Assembly (NCBI GenBank): GCA_000997945.1
Contig: LCCP01000002.1
Span: forward strand, 14,284-78,283
DNA length: 64,000 bases
Reading direction: 5' to 3'
Source of the DNA: Parcubacteria group bacterium GW2011_GWC2_42_12
GTDB lineage: Bacteria > Patescibacteriota > Patescibacteriia > Patescibacteriales > GWC2-42-12
Part shown: positions 27,060-36,289 of the stretch, piece by piece
Position numbering within the stretch: the first letter of the stretch is position 1
Layout of the letters: each line of letters opens with the position of its first letter
Notes under the pieces: generated by a model
The model's database searches: none
Told to the model about the DNA's origin: nothing
The model's input: only the letters and a program-made list of their open reading frames with translations
Made by a program: the position numbers and the translations under genes

Positions 27060-30000
27060 ATGGAGAAGTATAATCATCAGAAAATCGAAGCCAAATGGCA
27101 GAAAAAGTGGAATAAAGAAAAGCTTTATAAGACTTCGGGTAATAAAGATAAGCCAAAATATTATGTTCTGGATATGTTTCCTTATCCTTCCGGATCAGGC
27201 CTGCATGTCGGCCACCCCAAGGGCTATATTGCCACGGATATCTTCGCGCGCGCCAAGATGATGCAAGGGTATAATGTGCTCCACCCTATGGGCTGGGACG
27301 CTTTCGGCTTGCCCACGGAAAATTATGCCATGCAAAATAAAATTCATCCGTGCGCGGCCACGGAAAAAAATATTGCCACTTTTAAAAGGCAATTAGGCCT
27401 CTTGGGTTTTACTTACGATTGGGATAGAGAGATAAATACTACTGATCCGGAGTATTATAAATGGACGCAATGGACATTTTTGAAAATGTTTGAACGCGGC
27501 CTAGCTTACGAATCTTATGAGCCAATTAACTGGTGCCCGAAATGCCAGACCGGTTTGTCTAACGAAGATCTGGAAGATGGCAAGTGCGAGCGCTGCGATT
27601 CGGTCGTGGAAAAGAAGCCCATGCGCCAATGGCTGCTGAAAATTACCGATTACGCCGACCGCCTGCTTAGTGACCTTGAGAAATTGCCGGCCTGGGAAGA
27701 GTCCATTAAAGAAATGCAGAGAAATTGGATCGGGCGGAAAGAAGGCATAAACATAGATTATAAAATTGAAGGGCTGGACAGTAAATTATCGGTTTTTACC
27801 ACTCGGCCGGACACTAATTTCGGCGCGACTTTTATCGTGGCGGCGCCGGACAGCGTTTTTACGGCCGAAAAAATCGGCAGTTTTCCCAACCAGGCGGAAG
27901 TTAAGAAATATGTAGAGGCGGCCAGGCATAAAACCGAATTGGAGCGCATTAGCGAAGGTCGGAAAAAAACCGGCGTTTTCACCGGCCTTAACGCCATTAA
28001 TAATCTGACCGGCCGGAAAATGCCGATTTATATCAGCGATTTTATTCTAGCTTCGGTCGGCACTGGCGTGGTCGTCGGCGTGCCCGGCCATGACTTAAGG
28101 GATTTTGAATTCGCCCAGGCCATGGGGCTGGAAATTATTAGGGTTGTCGTCGGAGCGGACGGCGATACTTCGCCCATAACTAAAAAAGAGCAGGTTCAGG
28201 AAGAAGCCGGCACCATGATAAACAGCGGTTTGCTTGATGGCATGAATATTCATGACGCCACCAGAAAAATAATGGACCATATTGAAACCAAGGACTGGGG
28301 CAAGAAAATCGTAAGTTATAAAATAAAAGACTGGGTGTTTAGTCGGCAAAGATATTGGGGCGAACCGATCCCGATTATCCATTGCCAGGCCTGTAAAAAT
28401 AAGAAATACAATTTTATTTTTATTCATGGTTATGGCAGCAGTGGCAAAGAAGGCTGGAGGCCATGGCTTAAAAGAGAATTAGAAGGCCGAGGACATAAGG
28501 CATATTCGCCCGATTTGCCCAACAGCTTAAAACCTAATGTTGATGAACAGGCTGATTTTATAATTAAGAATGTTGAACTTGGGGAAGATACAATTTTAAT
28601 AGGCGGCAGTTTAGGGGGAGTGGTTATTATGAGGATTTTAGAGAAAATTAAAATTAAGATTGCAAAAGCCGTATTTATTGATTCAGTATTTAAACCAGAG
28701 TTTGCCGATCATGATAGGCCGGATGTGGCCGCGGCATGTGATTGGAAATTTAATTTTAAAAAAATTAGTCAAGCGAGCAGTAGTTTTGTAGTATTGGCGG
28801 ATAGTGATTTTCCAGTGATAAAGAAAGAACATTCCGAAGAGTTAGCGAAAAAATTTAATACTAGCGTTACTTATGTTAAACCAAACGGCCAGCATTTCTC
28901 TAAATCCGCCACTGAACCGGAGATTTTGAAGATTTTTGGAAATTTAGGAATAGTTATCGTGCCGTACGAAGATTTACCCCTGAAACTGCCGGAAGTGAAA
29001 AATTACCAGCCCACTGGCACGGGCGAGTCGCCGCTGGCGAATATTAAGGAGTGGGTTAATACCAAGTGTCCGCAGTGCGGCGGGAGGGCTTTGCGCGAGA
29101 CCAATACTATGCCGCAATGGGCTGGGTCAAGTTGGTATTATTTAAGATATATTGATCCAAAAAATAAGACAGCGTTGGTTGATAAAGATAAAGAAAAATA
29201 TTGGTCGCCGGTGGATTTTTATGTCGGCGGCGCCGAACATGCTACGCGGCATTTAATTTACGCGCGTTTCTGGCATAAGTTTCTATTTGACATTGGCGCG
29301 GTAAATTATGATGAACCGTTTACGCGGCTGCAGCATGTGGGTTTAATACTGGCCGAGGACGGGCGCAAGATGAGCAAGCGCTGGAACAATGTTATTAACC
29401 CAGATGAAATCGTGGAAAAATACGGTGCTGACGCCATGCGTATTTATGAAATGTTCATGGGGCCGTTTAGCCAACCTTGCGCTTGGAGTACAAAGAGTTT
29501 AATCGGTGGCAGGAGATTTCTAGAAAAGATTTGGCATTTTTATCACCAAGTAAAGCTATTTGATTGCGGCGGCGTCGGTTGCGATAAAGCGCCGACAGGC
29601 CTGCCGCAGCTAATGCATAAGACCATAAAGAAAGTTACCGAGGATATTGAAAATTTTCATTATAATACGGCAATCAGCCAAATGATGATTTTCATGAATT
29701 TTGCCAGCCAGCTTGACTCTGTGCCGCGCGGGGCTTTAGAAAATTTTCTAAAGATCTTAGCGCCGTTCGCGCCGCATCTTACGGAAGAACTTTGGTCAGG
29801 GCTGGGGCATCCCTCCGCGAAGCTCGGGACAAGTAAGCAAAGCATCTTTAAAGAAGAATGGCCAAAATATAATCCGGAATTAGTTAAAGATGAAACCATA
29901 AATTTGGTGATTCAAATAAATGGCAAGGTGCGTGATACCGTTGAAGTTTTTGCTGATATTAGCGAAAAAGAAGCGAGAGAGTTTGCTCTGGATAGTGAGA

Positions 30001-30080
30001 AAATAAAGAAGTGGTTGGATGGGAAAGAAATAAAGAAAGTAATTTTCGTTAAGGGAAAGTTAGTTAATGTAGTTATCTAA
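27060..30080 (+). CDS. leuS: Leucine--tRNA ligase with inserted alpha/beta-hydrolase domain
   Basis: MFPYPSGSGLHVGH, editing FTTRPDT, SRQRYWGEPIP, KMSKR; ~180-aa insert with IHG and GGSLG. Confidence 0.95.
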   Translation: MEKYNHQKIEAKWQKKWNKEKLYKTSGNKDKPKYYVLDMFPYPSGSGLHVGHPKGYIATDIFARAKMMQGYNVLHPMGWDAFGLPTENYAMQNKIHPCAATEKNIATFKRQLGLLGFTYDWDREINTTDPEYYKWTQWTFLKMFERGLAYESYEPINWCPKCQTGLSNEDLEDGKCERCDSVVEKKPMRQWLLKITDYADRLLSDLEKLPAWEESIKEMQRNWIGRKEGINIDYKIEGLDSKLSVFTTRPDTNFGATFIVAAPDSVFTAEKIGSFPNQAEVKKYVEAARHKTELERISEGRKKTGVFTGLNAINNLTGRKMPIYISDFILASVGTGVVVGVPGHDLRDFEFAQAMGLEIIRVVVGADGDTSPITKKEQVQEEAGTMINSGLLDGMNIHDATRKIMDHIETKDWGKKIVSYKIKDWVFSRQRYWGEPIPIIHCQACKNKKYNFIFIHGYGSSGKEGWRPWLKRELEGRGHKAYSPDLPNSLKPNVDEQADFIIKNVELGEDTILIGGSLGGVVIMRILEKIKIKIAKAVFIDSVFKPEFADHDRPDVAAACDWKFNFKKISQASSSFVVLADSDFPVIKKEHSEELAKKFNTSVTYVKPNGQHFSKSATEPEILKIFGNLGIVIVPYEDLPLKLPEVKNYQPTGTGESPLANIKEWVNTKCPQCGGRALRETNTMPQWAGSSWYYLRYIDPKNKTALVDKDKEKYWSPVDFYVGGAEHATRHLIYARFWHKFLFDIGAVNYDEPFTRLQHVGLILAEDGRKMSKRWNNVINPDEIVEKYGADAMRIYEMFMGPFSQPCAWSTKSLIGGRRFLEKIWHFYHQVKLFDCGGVGCDKAPTGLPQLMHKTIKKVTEDIENFHYNTAISQMMIFMNFASQLDSVPRGALENFLKILAPFAPHLTEELWSGLGHPSAKLGTSKQSIFKEEWPKYNPELVKDETINLVIQINGKVRDTVEVFADISEKEAREFALDSEKIKKWLDGKEIKKVIFVKGKLVNVVI

Positions 30081-30142
30081 AAAAGGATTGAATCGCAGCG
30101 CTCGCCACAAAAAATTCAGTGAATAGCGCAATCGTGTTTGAT

Positions 30143-30307
30143 AAAAAGGCTTTTAGTTATATTGTTCGCCACAAAAAAATTAGGGATTTAGTCTGAAATT
30201 TTAACAAAATTTCTATGAGAAAAGGAGAAAGAAATGTTTGTAAGAAATTTCAGACTAAATCTAATCCTAAATTTTTCTATACTCACAATATAACTAAAAG
30301 CTTTTTT
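30143..30307. repeat. Long imperfect inverted repeat between convergent genes
   Basis: AAAAAGGCTTTTAGTTATATTGT/ACAATATAACTAAAAGCTTTTTT and GATTTAGTCTGAAATTT/AAATTTCAGACTAAATC nested stems. Confidence 0.7.
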
Positions 30308-30349
30308 ATTTTCTAATTTTTTTAGGCTCGCAATGTAATTAAGGGTTTT

Positions 30350-31315
30350 TTAAAGATTTGTCATCAGCCACTCTTCGTCCGGTTGTTTTTCCACATGAAA
30401 ACGCACGGTGTGCTTTTCGCCCTGGAAATAGACTTCATTGGCATAAGTTTTTTTAGTTGCCGTAGAAGATTTTAGCGTACTGCCGGAAAGTATGTTAGCG
30501 AGTATTAGCAAACTTTCTTTTGACATATGTTCCATGGAATATTCAATAGGTTTGTGCATATTCGGCGTGAAATATGATACGGCGCTGGCCGCGCTGGCCG
30601 CTCTGATGGCCGCGGCCGCCAGGGACAGCGTATTCTCTGCCGGAGTAATTATCGGATCAGTTAGCGGCGGGATAATAATAGCAACCGGCGGCTGGTCGGC
30701 CGGTATTTTTTCCAAATCAGCATTAGTAATGCCCAGACCGAAAGTTCGCATTACTTGAAAAGCGTCGCTCGGGCGACCTAGGAAATATCGTTTTTGTGTT
30801 ATCGGTTCTAGATACCAGGCTTCGCCGTTTTTTTTCACCTGTAAAAATATTTTGCCGGCATTATTTTGAGTAAATCTGGCATCAATAGCTTGTTTACCCG
30901 CGCCCAGCGGATTATAGCCGCTGGTCAATTCTATCTTATCATCATAGCCGTCCGCGTCCGTATCCTTTTTATTTTTATCCGTGCCTATAGCGATTTCCAA
31001 ATTATCATCAAGCCAGTCAGCGTCGCTATCCAAATTATTGTTAGTCGAAAAACCAACGGGTATTTTGGCTAAGTCCTCATTACTAATACCAACACCTAAT
31101 TGGCGCATTAAAATAAAGGCATCGTCCGGCTTGCCTAGCCCATATTTTTTTTCATCACCAGGGGAGATATACCAGGCCTGACCATTATCTTCAACTTGCA
31201 ACAATATCCTGCCCGAGAGCGCGGTTTCACTTCTAGCGATATTGGGTAATATTATGCAAAAAATTAAGCTAATTAAGAGGATTTTTTTTACCCCGTTAGA
31301 AATTTGATTCATCAT
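30350..31315 (-). CDS. Secreted protein with Ca-binding DxDxDG (TSP3-like) repeats
   Basis: Signal peptide, duplicated GRILLQV..GQAWY module, DSDADWLDD/DTDADGYDD; start codon uncertain. Confidence 0.75.
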   Translation of the reverse strand: MMNQISNGVKKILLISLIFCIILPNIARSETALSGRILLQVEDNGQAWYISPGDEKKYGLGKPDDAFILMRQLGVGISNEDLAKIPVGFSTNNNLDSDADWLDDNLEIAIGTDKNKKDTDADGYDDKIELTSGYNPLGAGKQAIDARFTQNNAGKIFLQVKKNGEAWYLEPITQKRYFLGRPSDAFQVMRTFGLGITNADLEKIPADQPPVAIIIPPLTDPIITPAENTLSLAAAAIRAASAASAVSYFTPNMHKPIEYSMEHMSKESLLILANILSGSTLKSSTATKKTYANEVYFQGEKHTVRFHVEKQPDEEWLMTNL

Positions 31316-31395
31316 AATATATTTTTTCCACCCCATTTAGCCCAATGAATTTCTAACGGGGTGAATATTTTATAAAGAAATGGTATAATATTACT

Positions 31396-31911
31396 ATGAG
31401 AAAATTACTTATATTTTTAACTTTCATCGCCATTATCTTAATCGGCGGGTATTATTATTACTTACCCGAAGTCCGTTGGCATAAAGCTGCGCAAGCGGCC
31501 GGCGGCTATCCATATCAGATTGGTTTGACTAATGTTACTATTACTCAATGTGTAACAATTGGGACGCCACCAGTTTGTGTTGGCGCTGGTTCTGATCCGA
31601 TAGCAACACCCCTATGCAACACCAAGGGTCCGGCAGTTTGTACCGCCTATTCGGTTGCTAGCGGCATGCCAGCCGGGGGAATGGGAAATATTGCGTTATT
31701 TTTAACTACCGCTATCGGTCAAGCCGGATTGACACCTGGCGGACAATTAATTGCTGGCGGTATATCGCCGGTTTTAATGGACAGCGGAGTTTTGGCTTCG
31801 GCCGGCGGTTGCGCCGGTTGCGGCCTGGGTAAAGCCGATTCCAGTATCATTGACAGAATCGCCAAGGTTGCTAATTATATTATAGCAGGGTTTAAAGATA
31901 AAATTAAATAA
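31396..31911 (+). CDS. Hypothetical membrane-anchored Gly/Cys-rich protein
   Basis: N-terminal TM and several Cys; directly upstream of rsmA. Confidence 0.65.
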   Translation: MRKLLIFLTFIAIILIGGYYYYLPEVRWHKAAQAAGGYPYQIGLTNVTITQCVTIGTPPVCVGAGSDPIATPLCNTKGPAVCTAYSVASGMPAGGMGNIALFLTTAIGQAGLTPGGQLIAGGISPVLMDSGVLASAGGCAGCGLGKADSSIIDRIAKVANYIIAGFKDKIK

Positions 31912-31913
31912 TT

Positions 31914-32819
31914 ATGGATTTATTGGAACAAACAAAAAAGTTATGTAAACTCTATCATATAATTCCTGCCCGCTCTAAGGGGCAGAATTTTTTAATTAAG
32001 GAAGAGATTTATGATGAAATGGTGGCCGCGGCAGATTTAAAGCCGGACGAGACGGTTTTGGAGGTCGGTTCGGGTTTGGGGTTTTTAACGGCTAAGTTGG
32101 CGGCTTGCGCCGGGCGAGTAATCGCCGTGGAGCTGGACGATAAATTGGCGGGGGTTTTAAAAACCGGGTTGATAGCGAAGAAAGTTAAAAATGTGGAGGT
32201 GGTGAATGAAAATGTGCTTGATATAAAAATACAACCCCCCTTATTCCCCCCTTATCAGGGGGGGCACTATAAAATTGTTGCCAATTTGCCGTACAACATA
32301 ACCTCTATATTTTTAAGAAAATTTCTGGAGGCGGAGACTAAACCGGAGTTAATGGCGCTAATGCTGCAAAAGGAAGTGGCGGAAAGAATTACGGCTTCAC
32401 CCCGTGAAATCCCGACAATAAGTCGGGGCGCAAAGCGCATTTCACGGGGTAAACCCGGTAAAATGAGTTTATTGGCCGTATCGGTGCAATTTTATGCTAA
32501 CGCGGAGATAATAAAATTCGTGTCTAAAGAATTTTTTTGGCCCAAGCCGGAAGTTGATTCGGCGATAGTGAGAATAAAGTTAAATCCACCTTCATCCCCC
32601 TTTGTTAAAGGGGGCATTAAGGAGAAAGAATTTTTTCAATTGGTAAAATTCGGTTTTAGCGCCAAGAGAAAAATGTTAAAAAATAATTTAGCCGCCGGTT
32701 TTAAAATAGATCAAGGCGAGGCGGGGAGTAGAATAATTAAGGCCGGATTTAACGGTAAAATTAGAGCGCAAGAATTATCGGTTGATGACTGGCTTAAGTT
32801 ATTTACGGTTTTTCAGTAG
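31914..32819 (+). CDS. rsmA: 16S rRNA m6,2A dimethyltransferase RsmA/KsgA
   Basis: GQNFL, LEVGSGLG, ANLPYNIT, LQKEVAERI, FWPKPEVDS. Confidence 0.95.
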   Translation: MDLLEQTKKLCKLYHIIPARSKGQNFLIKEEIYDEMVAAADLKPDETVLEVGSGLGFLTAKLAACAGRVIAVELDDKLAGVLKTGLIAKKVKNVEVVNENVLDIKIQPPLFPPYQGGHYKIVANLPYNITSIFLRKFLEAETKPELMALMLQKEVAERITASPREIPTISRGAKRISRGKPGKMSLLAVSVQFYANAEIIKFVSKEFFWPKPEVDSAIVRIKLNPPSSPFVKGGIKEKEFFQLVKFGFSAKRKMLKNNLAAGFKIDQGEAGSRIIKAGFNGKIRAQELSVDDWLKLFTVFQ

Positions 32820-32888
32820 ATGTGGTATAATAAAAAGGCAGTTTACTTATTTTTTCCAACAAAAAGGCATTAGTTTGGTTGTTAAATT

Positions 32889-34481
32889 ATGAATGTACAT
32901 TTGATTATACACAACCTCACCTCCATTGTCTCTTCAATAATTTTACTGGGCCTGGCTCTCTTTACTTTTTTGAACGGTAAAAGGAAAATAGCAAATATTT
33001 CGTTTGCCCTATTAATGCTGTCGGCAGCCGTTTTTACCATATCCCATGTTATCGGAGCTAATCTTGCCGATCCCAACATATCCAGGGCGGTATTTATGTT
33101 TAATCTGGCAAATTTTTTTATTGCCTGTTTTAATGTTCATGCGGTTATATCTCTAATCAACAAGAATCAAGAAAAGAAATGGATTATTCGGCTATTTTAC
33201 TCCGCCACCATATTGATAACGGCCTTCTTTTTAATTTTTCCTGATTTACTTTTGTTGCCGTCAGCGCCGAAAATGTATTTTTTAAATTACTATGAACCGG
33301 GGATTTTAAACTGGATGCGCCTGGCATTTCTTTATGTAATTTCCATACCTTACATGATTTACTTGCTGCTGGCGGCGTATAAAAAAAGTAATTTAGCCCT
33401 TGAAAAAAACCAATATAAGTATTTTATAGTTACTATTATTATTGGCTACCTACCGGCGTTTTTTCCCAATTTTCTTGTTTATGACATACAGATAGACCCC
33501 GCCCTGGGCATGATCTTCCCTTTGCTTTTTATATTTCCCTTTATGTATGGAGCGGTAAAATATGAATTATTTAATGTTAAGATAATCGCCAAACAAGCCT
33601 TTTTTTACTCTTTAGGAATTGCCGTGGTCGGAGGAATCATCACCCTATTGAATTATTCAAATAATTTAATAATAAACACTTATCCGGATTATCCGCCTTG
33701 GATTACCGCGATCATTTCATCTATCCTCGCCGTGACGATCAGCGTAATAGTCTGGAGATATTTACGAGAAGGAGATTTGCTAAAATACGAATTTATCACC
33801 ACCGTCACCCATAAATTTCGTACCCCGCTTACCGCTATAAGATGGGCGGCCGAAGATTTAGCAGAATCGGCCCTTTCCCCAAGCGACCAAGAACAAATTG
33901 AATATATCAAGAAAGCAAATTCTAAACTAGTTGAATTAACTAACTTATTAGTAGCGACATCAGAAAAAAAAATGGGTTATTATCAGTATAAGTTTTCCTC
34001 AAATGATCTGGCAACGGCGGTCAACGATATAATAATGTCATTTGACAGCCAGATAAAGAAAAAACAATTAACTATTGAAAAAAAAATTCAGTCCGGGATG
34101 TTAGCTTCGTCTGATTTGGCAAAAATAAAATTTGTGATCCAAACCATCATTGAAAACGCGATTAATTACACGGATAAAAAAGGAACAATTTCTATTTCCA
34201 TTGAAAAAATCAATAATGATATAGTATTTTCTGTTCGTGACATGGGAATTGGTTTTTCTCAAGAAGAAACTAAACATCTGTTCTCAAAATTTTTTAGAGC
34301 GCCGAGGGCCAGAACGATTGATACGGAGGGCCTGGGCATAGGACTTTATGTAGCAAAAAAAATTATTTTAAATCATAAGGGCAAAATCTGGGCCGAGTCG
34401 GCCGGCAGTAATAAAGGCAGCACTTTTAGTTTTTCTTTACCGGCGGTGAAAATAAGCCAGAGTGCCAAAGCTATTAAATAG
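32889..34481 (+). CDS. Membrane sensor histidine kinase
   Basis: Multi-TM N-terminus; THKFRTPLT H-box, ENAINYT, DMGIG, GLGIGL. Confidence 0.9.
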   Translation: MNVHLIIHNLTSIVSSIILLGLALFTFLNGKRKIANISFALLMLSAAVFTISHVIGANLADPNISRAVFMFNLANFFIACFNVHAVISLINKNQEKKWIIRLFYSATILITAFFLIFPDLLLLPSAPKMYFLNYYEPGILNWMRLAFLYVISIPYMIYLLLAAYKKSNLALEKNQYKYFIVTIIIGYLPAFFPNFLVYDIQIDPALGMIFPLLFIFPFMYGAVKYELFNVKIIAKQAFFYSLGIAVVGGIITLLNYSNNLIINTYPDYPPWITAIISSILAVTISVIVWRYLREGDLLKYEFITTVTHKFRTPLTAIRWAAEDLAESALSPSDQEQIEYIKKANSKLVELTNLLVATSEKKMGYYQYKFSSNDLATAVNDIIMSFDSQIKKKQLTIEKKIQSGMLASSDLAKIKFVIQTIIENAINYTDKKGTISISIEKINNDIVFSVRDMGIGFSQEETKHLFSKFFRAPRARTIDTEGLGIGLYVAKKIILNHKGKIWAESAGSNKGSTFSFSLPAVKISQSAKAIK

Positions 34482-34537
34482 AAATATTTAACCATAATTA
34501 TAAATTTAGGCATTAAATAATTATTAACTAAAAACAT

Positions 34538-34924
34538 ATAGCTAACAACAAAATAAAAATTTTATTAGTAGAAGATGATTCTTTTTTAAGAGATATCTGC
34601 ATCAAGAAATTAGCCAAAGCAGGCTTTTTGGTTTTTGAAACCGCCGATGGCGACCAAGTCTTAAAAAATTTAGAAAAGATAGAACCGGATATAATATTGT
34701 TGGACATACTTTTGCCAACGGTTAACGGTTTTGAAGTTTTAGAAAAAATTCGATCTGACAAAAACAGCAAAATAAGACAGACGCCGGTTATCGTGTTGTC
34801 TAATTTGGGGCAAGACGAGGATATAAAAAAAGCCATTAGTTTGGGAGCTAATGACTATTTAATCAAAGCGCATTTTACGATTGAGGAAATAGTCGGAAAA
34901 ATTAAAAACCGATTGGGATTATAA
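34538..34924 (+). CDS. Single-domain response regulator (start appears to be ATA)
   Basis: KILLVEDD...LLDILLP..NG...LSN...IKA; in-frame TAA at 34529-31 and no ATG upstream of the EDD motif. Confidence 0.8.
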   Translation: MANNKIKILLVEDDSFLRDICIKKLAKAGFLVFETADGDQVLKNLEKIEPDIILLDILLPTVNGFEVLEKIRSDKNSKIRQTPVIVLSNLGQDEDIKKAISLGANDYLIKAHFTIEEIVGKIKNRLGL

Positions 34925-34994
34925 AAATATTCACCTCGTTAAATATTAGGTAATCACAAAAAACCAAGGCCAAGCATCTGACGAGGTAATAAAT

Positions 34995-35390
34995 ATGAAT
35001 ATGCCAGAATTACAAAGGACATCTAACGGAGTGAAAGAAATAAAAAATATTAATAAAAAGTCGCTGGCGAGAATAACCGCCTTAATTTACGGTTTAGTTG
35101 GATTTTTTATTGCTTTGGCCGTGGCCATCTCAACTATGGCCAATATTATGATGCAAAAGGATTTTCAGGGTTCGGTTATTTTAGTGACTTTATTTAATGT
35201 CGGGGCTGGTTTATTGATCGGGGTTTTAACCGCTTTGCTGACCGCTGCCTTGGGCTGGATAATGGGTTATCTAGAGGCAATAATATATAATTGGTTTGCC
35301 GGTAAAGTGGGCGGAGTGAAAGTGGAGTTCCTCGAGGCCGGTGAAATAGCAAAAGAGGAAACTAAAATTCAACATTATTTTAAATTTTAA
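34995..35390 (+). CDS. DUF3566-like membrane protein
   Basis: Two TM segments and C-terminal IYNWFAGKVGGVKVE. Confidence 0.65.
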   Translation: MNMPELQRTSNGVKEIKNINKKSLARITALIYGLVGFFIALAVAISTMANIMMQKDFQGSVILVTLFNVGAGLLIGVLTALLTAALGWIMGYLEAIIYNWFAGKVGGVKVEFLEAGEIAKEETKIQHYFKF

Positions 35391-35399
35391 ATTAAATAT

Positions 35400-35699
35400 A
35401 TGCCGCCAATCAATGAAAGCAAGGATCTATTATACATGGCCATTTCGCTGGCCGTTTTACTGTTAACGGTTTTTTCCTGCTGGGCGATTTATTATTTAGC
35501 CAGAATTTTGCAGCAGTCTTTTCAAATCGTAAAAGAAATGCGCGATCGATTGCATAAAGTTGATACCGTGATTGACGCGGTTAAGGAAAAAATAGAGCAT
35601 AGCGCGTCCTATCTCTTGCTTATCGGCGAGGGCATAAAGACTTTGGTCGGGATTATGAAGAGTAGGGGAGAGAAGAAGAGGAAAGCTAAGAAAGAGTAA
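35400..35699 (+). CDS. Small membrane protein (TM + coiled coil)
   Basis: 99-aa ORF in operon-like spacing. Confidence 0.65.
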   Translation: MPPINESKDLLYMAISLAVLLLTVFSCWAIYYLARILQQSFQIVKEMRDRLHKVDTVIDAVKEKIEHSASYLLLIGEGIKTLVGIMKSRGEKKRKAKKE

Positions 35700-35728
35700 T
35701 AGAATCTATATTTAAATTTTTAATCACT

Positions 35729-36217
35729 ATGAATAATGATAAAAAAAAGAGCAGCTTTGTTTGGTTTATTATTATGCTTGTAATATTAGAAATTTTTGTG
35801 CAGTTTATAAAGTTAATTGGAGGATTTTTTGGAGCATTAGCTCTCTCTGCTAGTTTAGCGCGAGGTACGAATTTGAATATGGCAGTTACGACCACAGGAT
35901 CATCGTTAATGTTAATAATATTGTTATTGAGCATGATTGAGTTAATTGTCGCCATAGTCTATTTAGTAAAACTATTCAAATTAAGCAATGGTTTATTATT
36001 GTGGACAAATATTATTTTTGGTTTCACTCTTTTTACTTATTTATTGCTTAATTTAATAGAAATCATAGGTTCTGGTTTTTATGGTTTTCTCGTTGTAAGC
36101 GGAACAGGTTTTAACTTTAATGATATTATTTATATTTTCCTGCTAATCATAATTTGGTTATGGTTCTTCCATCATCTTAAGAAGAGGTATTTTTTTAGTT
36201 CCAATATTCAATCATAG
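35729..36217 (+). CDS. Hypothetical multi-pass membrane protein
   Basis: Four hydrophobic segments, AT-rich. Confidence 0.65.
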   Translation: MNNDKKKSSFVWFIIMLVILEIFVQFIKLIGGFFGALALSASLARGTNLNMAVTTTGSSLMLIILLLSMIELIVAIVYLVKLFKLSNGLLLWTNIIFGFTLFTYLLLNLIEIIGSGFYGFLVVSGTGFNFNDIIYIFLLIIIWLWFFHHLKKRYFFSSNIQS

Positions 36218-36232
36218 AATTTCTAAAACGAT

Positions 36233-36264
36233 AAACGGCGTCTTTGTGACAGGACGCCGTTTTT
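36233..36264. terminator. Bidirectional terminator
   Basis: AAACGGCGTCTT-tgtgac-AGGACGCCGTTTTT between convergent genes. Confidence 0.75.
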
Positions 36265-36289
36265 AAGTACATTACATTTTTTGCTTCGC

